DNA from: a virus
Lineage: Duplodnaviria > Caudoviricetes
Strand: one strand, 5' to 3'
Length of the DNA stretch: 48,879 nucleotides
Virus record (IMG/VR): IMGVR_UViG_3300033416_000009
Coordinates: 1 to 48,879 of that record
Position numbers and translations under genes: made by a program. The notes below the pieces were generated by a model. That model had not been told where the DNA came from, did no database searches, and worked only from the letters and a program-made list of their open reading frames with translations. Each line of letters opens with the position of its first letter. The stretch's first letter is position 1. Positions 47,701 through 48,879 of the stretch are shown one piece after another.

Positions 47701-48879
47701 GCGAAAGTCCTCAACCCTGCGGCCTCGGCTCTGCGTGCGGCCACGACTCTGGTCAGGCAGGTGTCGGTAGGGTTCCTGGACAGCCGGATCAACATGCAGT
47801 CCGGGCAGCTCGCCGCGGAGATTGAGCTGGACCTGATGAACCGAGCCATCGATTACGGCCCGGAACGAGCGCGGCTGGCGGCGGAGCGCGGATCGGATCC
47901 TGGCGATCTGTCCAACCCGGCAAACCTGTTCACCGCGGAGGAGCTAGTGGGCGGCAGGCTTTCCGGAGTCGACAAGGCGGCTGTGGATTTCCGCAGGTTC
48001 CTGGGCAGATACGGTATCAACGTCGACCAGGCCATGCACGATTTCTACAAGGCGTACATGGACCGGAGGCGCGCGGAAGGATACGGCGATGACATCGGGA
48101 TTGTCGACGGGGAGATTGATTTCCCTATCCCGGAAGACATGCGGCTGTTCACCCAGGATCAGTATGACCAGCTTGTGCTTGGGTTATCGGTCGAGAACAA
48201 CCAGCCCGCGCTGACCAACCGGCCAATGGCGTTCCGCAGCAACCGGCTCATGTCGCTGATCTCGATCTTCGGCGGTTACCCGGCCATGGAAATGATGAAG
48301 ATATCGGCTATGGGCGACCGGATTGCAGGCCAGGGATTCGTGAAGGGGCACCTCAAAGCTTTGCCGCTCTACATATCCGCCCTGGCTGTGGCCGGCTTGT
48401 TCGGCAACCTAGCTGTGTCGCTCTCCGAATGGCTCAAGCGCAAGCTGCTCAAGCGCGTCTCGCCGTTCCCGACATTGTTCGATGATCAGACGGCTTCGTC
48501 CCAGGCAGCCACGATCCTGAACGGGACATCGGCCATGTATCCATTCTACGGCAGCGCAATGAACATGCTGATCAAGCGCGCTTACAAGACCGGGTTCGAC
48601 CTCAATACGTCCATCCTGGTCCTGAACCTGGCAACGGACATGGTCAACGGCGTATCGGAAACGCTCCAGACCGGGGAAGTGATCCTGCCGGTGACGCGGT
48701 TTGCCAATCGCTGGGTGTTCCCATTCAACTACGTCGCCCCGAGGCTGCGCGTCATGAGCGGGATCAGCGAGTTCACCATCGACCGGCACCTGATCCAGAA
48801 AGGGATGCGGCAGCTTGGGTATGAGAGCGATATCCGGGCAGGGGTTAGCCGGGGAATGGGGTTCGACATCGCGCCGTCC
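38767..48879 (+). CDS. Giant polyvalent/ejection protein (at least 3371 aa, 3'-truncated) with ADP-ribosyltransferase-like and zincin metallopeptidase domains
   Basis: GTG at 38767 after AAGGG; reads MPNPFDSVFESLPDL... I found no in-frame stop to the window end, and the track lists no + ORF in this frame. ART-like motifs GYHYG...GHFGTGTYF...LGFNGIDV...YGSVIF (43177-43695); HEISH (44017-44031) and EFLA (44236). Confidence 0.85.
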   Translation, partial: MPNPFDSVFESLPDLQPGGAANVQALPSAWPVRTAAGEPEKDFEGPGKYQWTPDEKKQRTDLIRTIVSNIPKAIVSPASAATDIGLAMARERMGLPVAPPALGVKSVIGARRRFYVPEPEVEPSKTGFFAGLVGAGERGYEYGREVGEVEQAVSGPTTDVMQKLGVLEREMSNIPPTQSYIDFATAKSPGQMMNALASDPVGILGQLLIESTAMWIRPFIKKGVVPALGGMALGGIIGAMTRFGAGAGARLGLRAGMSLGAGITSFSLERAGKIMEVLQQMGYDTTDPEQLMSAFTDKDVMAEAKRLGLLKGLPIAAFDAASTAFGGMFASRAKTALGRVARFGGEMMAGGGLGGLGEAAGEWASGEELRAGPIGAEVAADIAAQGLRSGVGMAIGVSGIRGRGTTGRLFGQRPATTRTGTTQGAALPPPIPTAAEIQETPQEPTIAQPLPETTAAAPAEPPLPTPEEPAFRDPTPAEFEASSFVTEDDTQYLMLPDGSGRARRVTIVNGLPSQRSTTSRTIFIGSNIAKWLKGWLALPPERLAKLGFNMDWAEAVTEPAKEGKPATIQEVLSVWGREKPGAPVKKTNVLFDNSPKPGWVALNFDEEGVPSVGDAVRNPSDANGRAKPIFFGSAPAQPTGVPSDQTTQGRPVPGGVQQRAKPGNVPQPQGVPEQAQAGGILQTPEEIAAYDPAQFAAWVKTLPESLQRMSIRLGRALGPAAADRLRSLATAADAQMQAVMASKDTQAIQDAMQKPQFFREAAEVASGKLSPGMQKIVDMYDAEVAARTAVPAPPPAPAPLRTVPEKLTRNVARRMSKNQLAAELRSRGIADIDGINLFNFDAQTLLQTLLPMLPEAAAVRPGPAVATTGLNTESILGADRQTLLNELDFVGITHAVTKVVPIAGGLRTGVAEFTTTEPGAAAESAIPVEQLDDDSLRALLFSRTPPNIQRIVRGMSPDLAFRILVASGVTDQAMLRDAARGSLSAAMEWDDARMTGEPIQAALAQPPSPAAAPAPAPAPTIPRPVPAPKPVKPAPVKPPPPPPPAPTAPEIAVAKPKPKPKPAPTTGLRAAPGKTGTRALMPKEKAAAKAAAPVKPKAAAPAKAPTTQAPPVAAKPAEPPTAEQKAAKKRNDEERKRHKSTMDVLARRAGTKPAGVVNDRAILHKRSDPTGEFIWIRKAQDGVRWLVSKFTPDKKTGASQEHSAGRQFHDSWEMAFRSAIGDLDKSVGTKEFTSIKRGPPSVKMSWGMLHDGSESTRATTAAEAAAEAAKPEGKIRGVVAGPKKKVIRPRVNRVVEPNSNLALNPDEDFHRLGNGKFWFSIAGLGFNIEQERQQSTWTVRPAERDPNIKPGDPIEKGRVYQTTEQARDAIRQYVASLRAKSTIQPARAPTLTPPGKHTLISEAKAWADWYNNYIAKNARLPTVAEVRRNVLGPDSERKKLTPVIAEAKMQAAIEIGIRMRGEPSMSPPDVGYHYGDGGVASDTKASRMDSGRSTGHFGTGTYFLGKPIDPKTDFNPRSNRPVMVMDLSGLTMLRPKTSQDAMNLHDGLKEFNRAVWSGAKQDFDTPTSGWSKALSRVWISIPGLTISKDTIADAMRSVAAVFANNIQDGLRTPSTYLVQKLGFNGIDVRGTDLDNTAYGSVIFVGDVRESNEPRFPATGEIRLPTLPSKLPEGSESSTRPTEEGIMYLVRQLPHDSRRVFEALIGTPMFGMIDKNKLRLALIPGSGGRTQNLGWIVDVVVGKQADPEIAPHEISHVIFDLMQDRDKRRIETLRQKEINRQLERADIYPQAKDILRSWINGPISSQAFKDINAPREFYHLINATEFLAAFFGKKFADDILSRETETDTVTLYDRVTDILRALWDWISRALGVHSMDSVFRNMLEGKYLNTVRGGIAGEVRYGLGQAITQINTMEEEGVYSGEEKAIALANLRLQQVAEPLAQLGMVQDGVGTWLAVLAQKNEKGDVRLTGEALEEMRRLDALVRVPIIRKFLVTPVQRVLEAARILGQATTTYDQFKNDPSVPPQMVAAAAGEGSQRLDDFRVAVRRFLGSYENKVQGLLGQAQAFNEEQIDAETKSAINKSLASQLTDIAKAYVIQAKDQASKKAYSQTLSARASKSVAVQNVINFVTANVDLTPILDGKIRSASAATAHVIATARQMVQEGMTEAGVIGATEEVVNDVMYFMVKDLQFSQRVADGQELIRNVVGNEPVALMKEKIGAAIAAGRPNEVLALLRDGWGETEAEKSQNAKLATILRHKVESSIRQADALSEAAKVVDRVRMDEQFRRLGQSMADDSGSRMKYMGLIKGVNTVELVPIDDGDESVTISLASTVVGGQENQKKLKAWIEKAQAYIADTDNPDYDPVKAAGLRAAINKHGILLNPAINPTSPGTVSGLPRTVLEMFFGRLGNFTACGQYVLEHLRGFVGEWANTVMYVNSTAFEQKQAIILKHQPRLDLLLSSALESHATDIGPMDAGDYRAKIYAPLAASMQSFANLHPLLKEGAVIGNGYVVTKEDIEFYRQNMAYEKEMIDMVNGIGARSLASIKGNPSGIITTKDGRTVVRYPFERGPGMLHRRLPYETAKFWEKWRDAGTDAEKIQLLNSDVDRYLFGYVADADNPDFRFSYRFGREFKLIMRRARETNNPISSFEDLTDKTYREYLDGLTGDEEEILEQEQVAGIMLDELNRIWARYENIVKGKSTSPASETSVVSVFGGMNSFTSERGEQIVPSTWYNYGVVGWYEMLGFGHDATSFFLIEHLNSLDAVAESLRGLIEDLRDKGLKGFSSVQARERGEIFYSLFQAKTLHKAVNDYRNWFNRYLRFAVEPKSSFENMERIALLDYSVSGLLTTPGAMIVNGAGGALNAVITLMRFRNTGIVNGMTKITGLFIRQMYREMVNVMFNENTAMGRSLYSMLTAPGGRAWFNNIVEPSIQFVDETRNLYRYSKQVGINQNRDLWLMMKSSWAHRFTGGFSSENLPDSKFIAKVLNPAASALRAATTLVRQVSVGFLDSRINMQSGQLAAEIELDLMNRAIDYGPERARLAAERGSDPGDLSNPANLFTAEELVGGRLSGVDKAAVDFRRFLGRYGINVDQAMHDFYKAYMDRRRAEGYGDDIGIVDGEIDFPIPEDMRLFTQDQYDQLVLGLSVENNQPALTNRPMAFRSNRLMSLISIFGGYPAMEMMKISAMGDRIAGQGFVKGHLKALPLYISALAVAGLFGNLAVSLSEWLKRKLLKRVSPFPTLFDDQTASSQAATILNGTSAMYPFYGSAMNMLIKRAYKTGFDLNTSILVLNLATDMVNGVSETLQTGEVILPVTRFANRWVFPFNYVAPRLRVMSGISEFTIDRHLIQKGMRQLGYESDIRAGVSRGMGFDIAPS
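40694..40828 (+). CDS. 44-aa basic protein nested in the +1 frame of the giant gene
   Basis: AGGAG(40683-40687)-N6-GTG(40694); MIRRLKGGRCQVVSSKGRNLGTYRSLKACRNRLRQVEYFKHQKK-stop. Confidence 0.7.
   Translation: MIRRLKGGRCQVVSSKGRNLGTYRSLKACRNRLRQVEYFKHQKK
41779..42135 (+). repeat. Pro/Ala/Lys low-complexity linker within the giant protein
   Basis: PAPAPAPTIPRPVPAPKPVKPAPVKPPPPPPP...KPKPKPKP... Confidence 0.8.

Noticed and set aside
9225-48789. Long antisense ORFs (e.g. 9225..10316, 13195..14526, 16068..17111, 36393..37775, 41569..42768)
   Set aside because: They are shadows of GC-rich sense genes, with no recognisable motifs or initiation signals.
38767-48879. Virion RNA polymerase (N4- or crAss-like) as the identity of the giant protein
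   Set aside because: I saw no DxDxD or T7-type polymerase motifs in the visible part; the missing C-terminus cannot be judged.
1-48879. CRISPR array, tRNA genes, diversity-generating retroelement, integrase/att site, stop-codon reassignment
   Set aside because: No repeat-spacer pattern, tRNA cloverleaf, reverse transcriptase or recombinase was seen; genes tile densely under the standard code with TAA, TAG and TGA all used as stops.

Overview
The whole window is part of a tailed dsDNA phage genome with a podovirus-like (P22/T7/Bbp-type) virion module. No host genes, integrase, tRNA or CRISPR array are visible. In order: two large Thr-Asn-rich surface or fibre-like proteins (Calx-beta/LamG, and signal peptide + FN3 + beta-helix + LamG); two membrane proteins including a holin; a short block of early-type genes (replication-organiser-like, HTH, Zn-finger, Cys-rich); a putative small terminase facing an inverted large terminase; then portal, scaffold and major capsid protein. 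Next come a head-tail adaptor fused to a metallophosphoesterase, an Ig/vWA/lectin fibre, four glycosyltransferases, an FN3/Gly-rich fibre, tail nozzle, beta-helix spike, collagen fibre and a glycosyltransferase-methyltransferase fusion. Two ejection proteins follow, then a giant polyvalent ejection protein of at least 3371 aa that the ORF track missed because it has no stop in the window; it carries ADP-ribosyltransferase-like and HExxH metallopeptidase domains. Main highlights: a probable virion glycosylation/phosphatase toolkit inside the tail module, a repeated leaderless promoter design (-35/-10, then 6 nt, then ATG), a 44-aa gene overprinted inside the giant gene, an A9 slippage site giving two plausible C-termini, and both convergent gene junctions being the zero-gap palindrome TGATCA. 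All family assignments come from motif recognition and gene order by eye; no database searches were run.
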